Source: an uncultured Pirellulaceae bacterium
Lineage (GTDB): Bacteria > Planctomycetota > Planctomycetia > Pirellulales > Pirellulaceae
Direction of reading: 5' to 3'
Assembly: GCA_964462125.1 (NCBI GenBank)
Contig: CAYWXT010000065.1
Span: forward strand, 1 to 23,711
Length of the DNA: 23,711 nt
Below, piece after piece: positions 7,595 to 16,600 of this stretch (position 1 is its first letter; every line of letters begins with the position of its first letter). The notes below the pieces were generated by a model. The model was not told the origin of the DNA. It did no database searches and was given only the letters and a program-made list of their open reading frames with translations. The position numbers and the translations under genes were made by a program.

Positions 7595-8761
7595 TCACAC
7601 CGTGCCCGTCAGTTCGCTGAGCTGCACCGGCCCCCGGTCCCGGCTGTCGATGGAGATCGGCACATTGTCCCCGACCAAGAAGCACTCGCTCGCCCCGAGT
7701 GTCATCGGATAGACGCTCCGATCGTGCCCCCGGCCGAGTCGGAATTCGATCGACCGTTCGACCCGCAGCCGCTCCAGTTGCCAACCGCTTCCCGACCGCG
7801 GCCGGAGGGCCACCGGCGCGAGCTCGCTGACCGGCGGCGAACCAAATGGAGCGGACCGGCCACCGGAGAGCGACCTCGAGGGAATCTCGATGACGGTTGC
7901 TTGGTCCGCGACGCGAACAAGATGCGCCACGACGCCGTCGGGGCGCCAGCAAACGACTTCGAGCTGTCCCGTGCTGCGACAGCGGGCTTCAGCACGCACT
8001 GTGATCCGGTCGACCGGCTCCAGCTCGCGGGTGACCGACACGTTTTCGGGAACATCGTCGAGCACCGGGGAGGGCCGGTCACGATCGTAGACATTGCGAT
8101 GGCGGTAGACCAACCACTCCCCCGCACCGACCCGCTCGGTGTCTGCCACGCCAGGGTGGAACCAACGCGTTCCGGAACGCCGCCAGCGGCCCGATCCGGG
8201 AAAAGGTGTCCAACGTGAAATCGTGCGATGAGAATCGAAGTCGACCGGGATTTGGGGAATCGGCAACTCCGGCCGGTCTTCCAATCGGCCCCCCTGAACC
8301 GTCAACCGGTTCCCGTTCTGCCCGTTCCTCTCGATGTCAACGACCATTCCCGGCAGGGCGAACAGGCGTTTGACCCGCGGCCGCGAGTTGCCGCCGAGGG
8401 CGACGAGGTCGCCGAGGCGAATACCATCCCGGGAGCCGCTGTTGACTTTGACAACATCGCCCGGGAAAACGGGACCGTCCGGGGTCGGCAGCGATTCGCC
8501 GCAGTGCCAGCAACGAAACGAGTCCTGGCCCAGGACAACCGCCGCCAACTGGACACGGATCGTGATCCCGCAGTTGGGGCAGGTGGTGGTGCGGTGGTCG
8601 GCGATCAGGGTCGGGACCATCGAGGTTCCGGTGACCCGGAAATGTTGGGGATCGCTGCGTTCACCCTCCACTTCCCAGCGGCATCCGCCCAGAGTGCCCA
8701 ACGCGCAGGAGAGCCCGGCCAGGCGGAGCCATTGGCGTCGGTCATGGCGGGGGGGGATCAT
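7595..8761 (-). CDS. signal peptidase I (S26 family) homologue with inserted Cys4 ribbon and lipoprotein-type leader
   Basis: S26 boxes are present: VTGTSMVPTL (catalytic Ser), GDLVAL...VKRLFALPGMVV (catalytic Lys) and FLVGDNVPISIDSRDRGPV (the GDN..S.DSR box). The N-terminus LAGLSCALGTLGGC carries a lipobox-like LGGC. Confidence 0.75.
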   Translation of the reverse strand: MIPPRHDRRQWLRLAGLSCALGTLGGCRWEVEGERSDPQHFRVTGTSMVPTLIADHRTTTCPNCGITIRVQLAAVVLGQDSFRCWHCGESLPTPDGPVFPGDVVKVNSGSRDGIRLGDLVALGGNSRPRVKRLFALPGMVVDIERNGQNGNRLTVQGGRLEDRPELPIPQIPVDFDSHRTISRWTPFPGSGRWRRSGTRWFHPGVADTERVGAGEWLVYRHRNVYDRDRPSPVLDDVPENVSVTRELEPVDRITVRAEARCRSTGQLEVVCWRPDGVVAHLVRVADQATVIEIPSRSLSGGRSAPFGSPPVSELAPVALRPRSGSGWQLERLRVERSIEFRLGRGHDRSVYPMTLGASECFLVGDNVPISIDSRDRGPVQLSELTGTV

Positions 8762-8929
8762 CGGTCGCTTCCGGATCTCTCTAACGTGCCGCGGCCATGA
8801 TGGTTATACTTGCCGATCGCGCCGCATCGCCGGTGAATCGTCATCCATCCTATCGAGTTTCCTTGATTTCGCCCCCGCCGAATGTCCGAAACGACCGTGA
8901 CCGAACATGCCCGTGCGAGCCATGAACCG

Positions 8930-8986
8930 CCCGTCACCGCCGACGACCAGCCCGTGACCGCCGACGACCAGCCCGTGACCGCGGAT
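8930..8986. repeat. 21-bp tandem direct repeat (about 2.7 units) in the fabH leader or N-terminal extension
   Basis: CCCGTCACCGCCGACGACCAG, then CCCGTGACCGCCGACGACCAG, then CCCGTGACCGCGGAT. If translated from the ATG at 8882 this encodes PVTADDQ PVTADDQ PVTAD. Confidence 0.85.
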
Positions 8987-9007
8987 ACGCTTTCGACGCG
9001 AGGACGG

Positions 9008-10021
9008 ATGGGCAGGGTGGCCGGCGTTCGCGTGATCTCGACCGGTTCCTACGCGCCGGAGCACGTGGTCACCAATCACGACCTGGCCGCTCTGGGCTGT
9101 GACAGCGATTGGATCGTACGTCGCACTGGGATCCAGCAACGTCGGCGGGCATCGGATGACGAGGCGACCAGTGACCTTTGTTATGAAGCAGCGATGGCCT
9201 GTCTGCGGGAGGCCAACCTGAGCGCCGATGCAATCGATTTGATCTTGGTCGCCACCATCACCCCCGATCACCCCACCCCCTCGACCGCCTGCCATCTGCA
9301 GCGGCGGCTCGGAGCGCTCGCTCCGGCGATGGACGTCAACGCTGCGTGCGCCGGGTTCATGTACGCCATGGTGACCGCGGCCCAGTTCATCGCGGCGGGC
9401 AACAGCCGCTATGCTCTGGTCGTCGGTGCCGACTTGATGAGCCGCACAGTCAACCCCGACGACAAGAAGACGTATCCGTTGTTTGGAGACGGCGCCGGGG
9501 CGGTGCTGATGACCGCCGATGACACCGATCCAGACCCCGGCAGCAGCCCTGCGTCGGGTCCCGGCCTGCTGGCGTACCAGATTGGCAGCGAAGGGTGCGG
9601 GGGTGAAATGCTCTGCATCCCCGCCGGTGGCACCCGCCAACCGCTGACCCCCGAAGTCTACGAGGCTGGCCACCAATACCTGACGATGGACGGCCGCAAT
9701 GTATTCAAGTGGGCGGTGCGGGTGTTTGCGGAAAGCGCCAAACAGGTCCTTTCCACCGCCGGTGCCACCCCGGAACAACTCGACCTGGTGATCTTGCATC
9801 AAGCCAACCAACGGATCATCGATTCCGCCGTCGCCGACCTCGCCCTGCCCGCGGAGAAAGTCTTTGTCAACCTCGACCGCTACGGCAACACCTCTGCCGC
9901 CAGCATCCCCCTGGCGTTGGACGAAGCGGTCCGCCAGGGACGCGTCCGGCGGGGCGACCTGGTGCTGCTCTGCGGCTTCGGCGCCGGTCTTGCCTGGGGT
10001 ACCGCCCTGATTCGCTGGTGA
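9008..10021 (+). CDS. fabH: 3-oxoacyl-[acyl-carrier-protein] synthase III
   Basis: Near-collinear with canonical FabH: RVISTGSYAPE, DWIVRRTGI, NAACAGF (active-site Cys), LFGDGAGAVLM, ILHQAN (His) and DRYGNTSAASIPLALDEA (Asn). The ATG at 9008 is preceded by an AGGA. An in-frame ATG at 8882 would add a 42-aa extension containing the tandem repeat. Confidence 0.9.
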   Translation: MGRVAGVRVISTGSYAPEHVVTNHDLAALGCDSDWIVRRTGIQQRRRASDDEATSDLCYEAAMACLREANLSADAIDLILVATITPDHPTPSTACHLQRRLGALAPAMDVNAACAGFMYAMVTAAQFIAAGNSRYALVVGADLMSRTVNPDDKKTYPLFGDGAGAVLMTADDTDPDPGSSPASGPGLLAYQIGSEGCGGEMLCIPAGGTRQPLTPEVYEAGHQYLTMDGRNVFKWAVRVFAESAKQVLSTAGATPEQLDLVILHQANQRIIDSAVADLALPAEKVFVNLDRYGNTSAASIPLALDEAVRQGRVRRGDLVLLCGFGAGLAWGTALIRW

Positions 10022-10040
10022 GTTGGGTCCGCTGGTGCCC

Positions 10041-10856
10041 TCACGCCCCGCGCGGCGCGAACGAAAATCCTGTGCGGTTGGCAAAGAACGCCAGCGGGTT
10101 GTCATAGACGATCTTCTTGATGCGTGACTCAGCGTGGCCTCGTCGCCGGAGCTCAAAGATCAGGTCGGGGACGGCGGTCGGCTTGCTCGGCCCCCAATCG
10201 CCGGCGGAGTTGGCCAATAACCGCTGGCCGCCAAAGCGCTCAATCATGTCGGCCGCACGCTCCGGGGTGCACTTGGTGACTGGGTAAAGCGTCATCCCGG
10301 CCCAGAACCCACGATCCAGCACTTCTCTGATCGTGTGCTCTTCGACATGATCGACCAATACCCGCCCCGGATCGACGCGAGAGTCGGCGGTCAACATGTC
10401 CAGGATCATCCGCGTCCCCTGGTACTTGTCTTCCAAGTGCGGTGTGTGGATCAGGATTGGCTGCTGGTGCTGCACCGCCAGGTCGACATGTTCGAGAAAG
10501 ATTGTGGCTTCGTTCTTGGTGTTCTTGTTGAGCCCGATTTCGCCGATCCCCAGCACGTTTGGGCGATCGAGGAACTCGGGGATCATCGCGATCACCTCTC
10601 GGGAAAGCGAAACGTTTTCAGCTTCTTTGGCATTGATGCAGAGCCAGCTGAAGTGCTGGATTCCGTAGGCCGCGGCGCGTTTTGGTTCGACCTCGGTGAG
10701 CTGTCGAAAGTAGTCCCGAAATCCGTCCGCGCTACCGCGATCGAACCCGGCCCAAAATGCCGGCTCACTGATCGCCACACATCCCATCCGGGCCAGCGTC
10801 GCGTAGTCGTCGGTGATCCGGGAGACCATGTGGATGTGGGGGTCGATGTAGTCCAT
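10041..10856 (-). CDS. TatD-family metal-dependent hydrolase
   Basis: MDYIDPHIHM (the HxH metal motif), PILIHTPH and LLANSAGDWGP are TatD/amidohydrolase-like blocks. The ORF track extends to 11009 only because it reads through the intergenic repeat (the MCKAP... artefact). The true start is most likely the ATG at 10854..10856. Confidence 0.75.
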   Translation of the reverse strand: MDYIDPHIHMVSRITDDYATLARMGCVAISEPAFWAGFDRGSADGFRDYFRQLTEVEPKRAAAYGIQHFSWLCINAKEAENVSLSREVIAMIPEFLDRPNVLGIGEIGLNKNTKNEATIFLEHVDLAVQHQQPILIHTPHLEDKYQGTRMILDMLTADSRVDPGRVLVDHVEEHTIREVLDRGFWAGMTLYPVTKCTPERAADMIERFGGQRLLANSAGDWGPSKPTAVPDLIFELRRRGHAESRIKKIVYDNPLAFFANRTGFSFAPRGA

Positions 10857-10942
10857 GGCAAGCGAAGTTGGGCGTGGGTGCGGGGGAGGAGGCGGCTTGG
10901 CGGAGCAATCGCTGGGCTGGGGAAGGGATGACGAATCGCTTA

Positions 10943-11030
10943 GGATCGTGCGGGAAAAAAGTGTCCGGTACCTTTTGCGAGGGACTCGCCCTCGGGGTGC
11001 TTTGCACAAAAGGTACCGGACACTTTTTTC
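10943..11030. repeat. intergenic palindromic repeat element, copy B (perfect cruciform, bidirectional terminator-like)
   Basis: Left arm AAAAAAGTGTCCGGTACCTTTT at 10955..10976 and right arm AAAAGGTACCGGACACTTTTTT at 11008..11029. That is a 16-bp perfect inverted repeat flanked by an A-run and a T-run. An inner CGAGGG/CCCTCG hairpin lies in the 31-nt spacer. The element sits between the 3' end of the minus-strand ORF 11041..11313 and the 5' end of the TatD-like gene. Confidence 0.85.
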
Positions 11031-11040
11031 CGCTCATTGC

Positions 11041-11313
11041 TTAGAGGCTCATCTGCTGGCGCCAGCCGGGTTCGTAGTCGCGGGAGAAAAGTAGCTGCAG
11101 TGTCGCGGCACGATCGGGGGCGGTCTCGAGCAGTCGTCGCAAGGCCTCCTCGAGCAATTCGCGCCGCCGCTTGGCATCCTCCTCCAGCGGGGCGACCTCG
11201 GTGGCGGCGCGATCGATTCGATCGAGGCTAGCCGCGACCTCGAGCAGCTTCGCTCGAACTTCCAGGAAAGATTCCTCCAACACGGCAGTGGCAGTTCGCG
11301 GTTGAGTCGGCAT
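11041..11313 (-). CDS. small hypothetical helical protein
   Basis: 90-aa ORF with a true ATG and a Glu/Leu/Arg-rich helical composition. No recognisable motif and no clear SD. The overlapping 110-aa alternative frame is Ser/Pro/Arg-rich and looks spurious. Confidence 0.35.
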   Translation of the reverse strand: MPTQPRTATAVLEESFLEVRAKLLEVAASLDRIDRAATEVAPLEEDAKRRRELLEEALRRLLETAPDRAATLQLLFSRDYEPGWRQQMSL

Positions 11314-11616
11314 ACGGATTCAAGCGGGAATGGTGGGGAGGCGGTCAGCGGACTTGAACAGCCATCGTACGGGTTTTCCAACCGAGCGTGGGGACGGCAT
11401 TATAGCGCAATTCGGCTGGCCCGATCGAGCGTCGGTGGTTTTCCGGTTCTGTTGACGCGGCCGGTAGCAGTCGTAGAGGTTCTAACCCCACGGTGGCGGG
11501 CGGCTCGACCTTTTCCGACGCGTGCAATCGTTTGTGAAAGCTAGAGTTCGTCGGGCTCGCGCGGGATGGGCTGTTGAAGCGCGGTCCGTTCAATTGGGGA
11601 CAATCGGAGATTTCCG

Positions 11617-13179
11617 ATGCATGGGCTCGAACTGACCTTCAGCACGCTCGCCAAATCCCGTAACCAAGCGGCCATTGATGTGCTGCACACAGCGCTGCTG
11701 CAGGAGGACCGCTCGACGCGTCGACGGGCCCTTGAAGCGCTGCTCTACCGGAGTGAACCTCATTGCCGTCATCTGGTGCTCGCATATTGGAACCGGCTGC
11801 AATCCGAGGACATTGAACTGATCCGCCAGCAGAAGAACTGGCTGGAACCGGCGATTCGGCAAGGCTTGCGTCAATCCGATCCTGAGGTCGGCACGGCCAT
11901 CACGGCCGCCCGACAACTCGAGCTGCTCTCCGCGATCCCAGGGATCATCGCGGTCGCCGAGTCGATTGAAAGCGAAGCGGCATGCTGGGTCGCGACCGAC
12001 GCGGTCGAGGCGATGACGATCCCTTTGGGACGCGACGCCCGCTTGGATCGCGATCGGCCCACCCTTCGGAGCCCGACCCTGTCACGGTTGGCAGAGTCGG
12101 TCCGACAATTCGCGGAGCACAGGAATGAGGCCCTGCTGGATGCGTTTCTCAGCGTCACGACCTGGGGCGACAGTGAACTCCGCCACCTCCTGGATCCCGA
12201 TTCGCCCGCTGCCGGAACCCTGCTCGCACGGATGGCAAGCAGCGACAAACGGCCGGTGATCGAATTGTTGACCGGTTTCATCCGCCGCCGAATCCTGCCG
12301 GAGGGGATCGCGAAAATCCTTGCCGAACGCCAAGATCCACCGTTCCGCGACGCCTTATTGCAAGCGATCGGAGCGGAACCCTGCCCAAGCGTCCTCCGCA
12401 ACCTCAAACGGATCGGGTTGCCGGAGTGCTGTCGTGGGGGTGAGTCGTTGTTGGAGGAACTGCAGCCGGACGGGCGTGCCGCACTCGTTCATGTGGCGGC
12501 AGTGACCGACGCGGATCCGATTCGAGCGATGCATCTGACCTGCGGCGTGATTGAGCGGGGAAGCGCCGGGTGCGAGCAGGCCGCGGCATCGGCGCTCTCC
12601 CACTGCGAGGTCCCCGACGGCGAACTTTGGGTGCGGGCAGCAGCGCTCGTCGCCGATGGGGACCCCGAACGAATCTGGCGCCACGAGAACGCTCGCTTGC
12701 TCGAGCGTTTCATCCGCTTGCTGGATCATTCCAATCCGAGCATCGTCCGCAGCGTTCGCCGCTTGTTGCAACCACTCTATTTGGACCAAGTATTCTCTCG
12801 GTTCGACGCACTCCGTCCGAGAAGCCGTCGCCGGCTGGGTCGGGTGGTCCAAATGGTTGACCCGGCGGCGGTGGAGCGGTTGCGGGAAAAACTGCGCCAC
12901 CCGGTCCTGGAACAGCGACTCAAGGCGATCTCCGCCGCCGACGCGCTTGCTGTCGTTGATCTCCTGGTCGATGCCTTTCGCCCGATTGTCCGTGCGGACC
13001 ATCACGAAGCCCGCCGTCGGGCCGCCCAGGTTCTCGCCGACGCCGAAGGGGAGGAAACACTGCAAATCCTCCGCGAGATGACCGCGTTTCCTGACAGCAC
13101 CGTTCGTGACACAGCGATCGATGGGCTCGCCCGTCGTGAGGCACGAATCCAAGCAACGTCGCCCCAGGTCTCCCCATGA
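11617..13179 (+). CDS. HEAT/PBS-lyase-like repeat protein
   Basis: Repeated units of about 30 aa with the xxVRxxAxxAL pattern (RRRALEAL, VRRLLQPL, RRRAAQVLAD, VRDTAIDGLAR). GGAG lies 7 nt upstream of the ATG at 11617. Confidence 0.65.
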   Translation: MHGLELTFSTLAKSRNQAAIDVLHTALLQEDRSTRRRALEALLYRSEPHCRHLVLAYWNRLQSEDIELIRQQKNWLEPAIRQGLRQSDPEVGTAITAARQLELLSAIPGIIAVAESIESEAACWVATDAVEAMTIPLGRDARLDRDRPTLRSPTLSRLAESVRQFAEHRNEALLDAFLSVTTWGDSELRHLLDPDSPAAGTLLARMASSDKRPVIELLTGFIRRRILPEGIAKILAERQDPPFRDALLQAIGAEPCPSVLRNLKRIGLPECCRGGESLLEELQPDGRAALVHVAAVTDADPIRAMHLTCGVIERGSAGCEQAAASALSHCEVPDGELWVRAAALVADGDPERIWRHENARLLERFIRLLDHSNPSIVRSVRRLLQPLYLDQVFSRFDALRPRSRRRLGRVVQMVDPAAVERLREKLRHPVLEQRLKAISAADALAVVDLLVDAFRPIVRADHHEARRRAAQVLADAEGEETLQILREMTAFPDSTVRDTAIDGLARREARIQATSPQVSP

Positions 13180-13598
13180 TCCTTACCTTCACCCCAGCAC
13201 TGATAGCAAATTCGCGGGTGGGAGATATCAGCCGCCAACTCCGCGCCGAGGGGGGCGGAGCCCATGATTGGTCGGTGCAAATCGCGTTCATCCTGATTCC
13301 CGTGGCCGCAATCGGGCTGGCGTGGGTCTTCTATCGCTTCTACAGCCGGCCCCCGGCAACGGTCAACACACCGTTCGGAATGCTCGCGGAAATCAGCCGC
13401 GCCCACGAGATCTCTCCCGCCGGACGTCGCCTGCTGGAGCGGATCGCCGAACGTGCCGAGTTGGATCAACCCGCCCGCCTGACAATCGGGACAGAACCAT
13501 TCGATCAGGCGGTCGCGGCAGCCGAGCAACGTCGCCGACTCGACCCCCGCGAGCGAGAAAGACTCAAGCAGATCCGCAAACGCCTGTTCGCCGAATGA
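13176..13598 (+). CDS. small membrane protein, translationally coupled to the upstream HEAT-repeat gene
   Basis: ATGA overlap with the stop of the upstream gene. One clear TM helix (VQIAFILIPVAAIGLAWVFYRFY), followed by a charged helical tail. Confidence 0.5.
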   Translation: MILTFTPALIANSRVGDISRQLRAEGGGAHDWSVQIAFILIPVAAIGLAWVFYRFYSRPPATVNTPFGMLAEISRAHEISPAGRRLLERIAERAELDQPARLTIGTEPFDQAVAAAEQRRRLDPRERERLKQIRKRLFAE

Positions 13599-13613
13599 CC
13601 CCTCCCCGGCCGA

Positions 13614-16600
13614 TCAGGAGGGCTCCTCGGGACGGTGCGACGAAAGTGCATCCTGCACGGCGCGGTAACGCTCGAGCATCGCATCGAGTTGCCCCGCGAG
13701 CCGCTCCAGGTCGCGACCGTTGTCGATCGATTCGCTAAGAATCGGCTGCAGCCATTCCTGCATCAGATGGAACTGGCCTCGAATCATATCGGCCAGCACG
13801 CGGGGTACCTTGTGCTGCACAACAATCGGCTTGTCCGCCGGTGGTTCCGCCTGCCGCTCGCTGATCCGTTCCAGTTGATCCCCGGCGGCCTGCATCGTTT
13901 CGGCTAGCCGTTCTCCGGAAGCCAGCAAGGTTTGCCGGACCGCGTCGAAGCGAGCATCCATTCGTTCCTCGGCAGCCTCCTTTCCGACGGCGATTGCCCG
14001 GGAGATCACTTGCCGAATCGATTCCAACCCGTCCCGCATCGATGCCAACTGCCGCATCAACTGCGCTGCCTGGTCTTCGCTGTCCATCCCTGACATCCGC
14101 ACGCTTTCCACATAAGCGTATTTGATCGCGTCCCAACGCTGCTGCTCCTCGGGCGTCAGGATCCCCAACAGTTCCTTGAACTTCAAGACGTTCGCTTCGT
14201 TATCGGTCGTCAGCGTCTGCGCATCCTGTTCATAGCTGCCGACGATCAGCGACTGCAGTTCCGCGTCGTTCATCACCCCGGCGACTTTTTCAGCGATGCG
14301 ATTCATGTTCCGGTAACTTCCCTGCAGCTTGAACGGCGGTTCGGTACGATATTCGTCGGCCTGGGCAGCGCTGCGAATGTACGCCCGGTTGACGCGCAGC
14401 ACGACGTCGCGGACGCGAAGCAGCTTTCGAATCACCTCGAACATCTCGCGGACCTGATCGACCGACAAATTGCTCCGCAGCTCGATCCCGTCCAGAGTGT
14501 CGCGTTCGGCGGCCAGGATGATCGCTCGGGCATCCTCCGGCGGGGCGGTCGACAGCGGCGCCAGTACCGGGTTGCTGGTCAGACAGTTCTCCAGATAGCT
14601 CATTTCGAACGCATCGGCCGCGTTCCCAATGATCTCGCCCAGGTTATAAACGTCGGCCCGGTTGGAGAGCATGTCGGGGATCTGGAACCGATGACCGCTC
14701 TCGGTATACGGATTGCCCGCCATCACGACCGACACCCGGCGTCCCCTCAAGTCATACGTGCGGGTCTTGCCGTCGCGGACCCCTTCGATCTTGCGGGTCG
14801 CGTCACAGAGCGAAATGAACTTCTGCAAAAACTCGGAATGCGTGTGCTGGATGTCGTCTAAATAAATCATCACGTTGTCCCCCATCTCGAGCGCCAAGTT
14901 CAGCCGCTGGACCTCCTCCCGCGCCGCGGCGTTGGGAGCCTCGGCCGGATCGAGGGAGGTGACGCCGTGACCGATTGCCGGACCATTGATTTTCATGAAC
15001 ACGACACCGAGCCGATTGGCGACGTACTCCATCAACGTCGTCTTGCCATAGCCCGGGGGGGAAATCAGCAGCAGCAGCCCCATCCGGTCGGTCCGCTTGT
15101 TCTCCCCCGCCGCCCCCATCTGCTTGGCGAGGTTGTCCCCGATCATCGGCAGGTAAACGTCATCGAGCAATCGATTGCGGACGAAGCTCGTCAACACCCG
15201 GGGCTTGAACTCCTCGAGCCGCATCTGTTCACGTGACCGATCCACGATCCGGCTCTTCGCTTCATGCAGTCGCCGGAACCGCGGGACGACGTTTCGACGA
15301 TAATGCCGGACGCGGCCGAGCAACTCGTGGTAGTGAATCGGCATCGACCCGGATCGAATGCGGGAATGGTGGCCGGCCAGCGAGTTGACCGTCGTCGCCA
15401 CCTCCGCCTCCACGGTGCGAACGTTTTTAACTCCTTCGGCAAGCACCAACCATGCGAGCTCGTCGCGATAGCCGATGGCCGGGTCGACCGGATCGTCCGC
15501 GGTCTCCGATTCGAGGAAGGCTTCGGCCCAGTTCCGCGCCAAGACAAACGCGCGTCGCGGGTCGGCTTCGTGATGCTTCAACGGTGTCGACAGCAAGCGA
15601 TCACGATCGACTTCAGGGATCGCCCCGACGAAAGCGTTCCATAATTTGGCCGCACGGCCGCTTGCGATGAACGTTCGGGGACGGCTGATCAATTGCGCGA
15701 AAAGGTAATCCGCGATCCGCTCCGACGTCACCTCCCTGCCGAACAATGGTCCCCACTGCTCCTGGTCGGCGCCCGCCAGTTCGGCCAACCGCTCGTGAAA
15801 TTCCCGCGCCGGCCGGGCGTCCGGATACGCCTTGGCGAGCTTGGCAAAGCCGGTGATCCAATCGGTCATCGTCTTCCGTTCCTTCGCCGCAAGCAGCTTC
15901 ACGAACCACAACTGGGACGCCGCCCGCAGGTCCGGCGGATATCGAAGCAGGCCGATCGACGCGTCGATCTCGAGCAGGCGCCGCAGGATTGCCGCCGCGT
16001 CATGGTCGTGGACTCCCTTGGCGTAGCCTTCGTCAAACCGTCCTCCAGCCCGCTGCTGAACCCAGCCCGCATCAACCGCTTTGGCATCGACCGCTTCACC
16101 ACGTTCACGCAACGCTTCGAACAGGTCCACGGCCAAGTACTCACCGCGGTACACCTCCCCGTTTTCGCTAACGAGTTCCTGGTTCCACAGTTCGCGTGCT
16201 TCGGCCAACGCTGGATCATCGAGCGGCTGGAAGTATTGCGTCCCGGTGAGGTGCAAACAGAGTTCGTCGCCCCGCAGCACCGTCGTCAGATCGAGCGGCT
16301 GTGTGTTGACGGCAAACCGCTGAGTCCCCAAGCGAATCAGCTCGCCGCCGTCCTCGTACAAGTCCTGACGATCTCGCAGCTGCAGCGTTGCATCCTCGCG
16401 AATCGTCTTCAGCCGGCCCTGCAAATCCTCGACCCGAACAGCATCATCGAGCTCCCCGAGTTGCCCAATGATGCCCCGAATCTTTTCGACCATCAGGTCG
16501 CCGGCAAAGTAGGCGGCGATCTCGTCAGTCGATTCCATGGAACGCACGCGGGTGTCGATCCCCTTGAGAATCCGATCCGCGGCCGCGGCCAACGATTCGG

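Noticed and set aside
8804-10156. 450-aa minus-strand ORF covering fabH
   Set aside because: It is antisense to a near-canonical FabH, is Gly/Arg/Ala-rich and has no motifs.
10857-11009. N-terminal extension MCKAPRGRVPRKRYRTLFSRTILS... on the TatD-like ORF, and the matching 60-aa ORF at 5865..6047
   Set aside because: Both arise from reading through the two copies of the palindromic repeat, giving identical peptide from identical DNA. The TatD homology begins only at MDYIDPHIHM.
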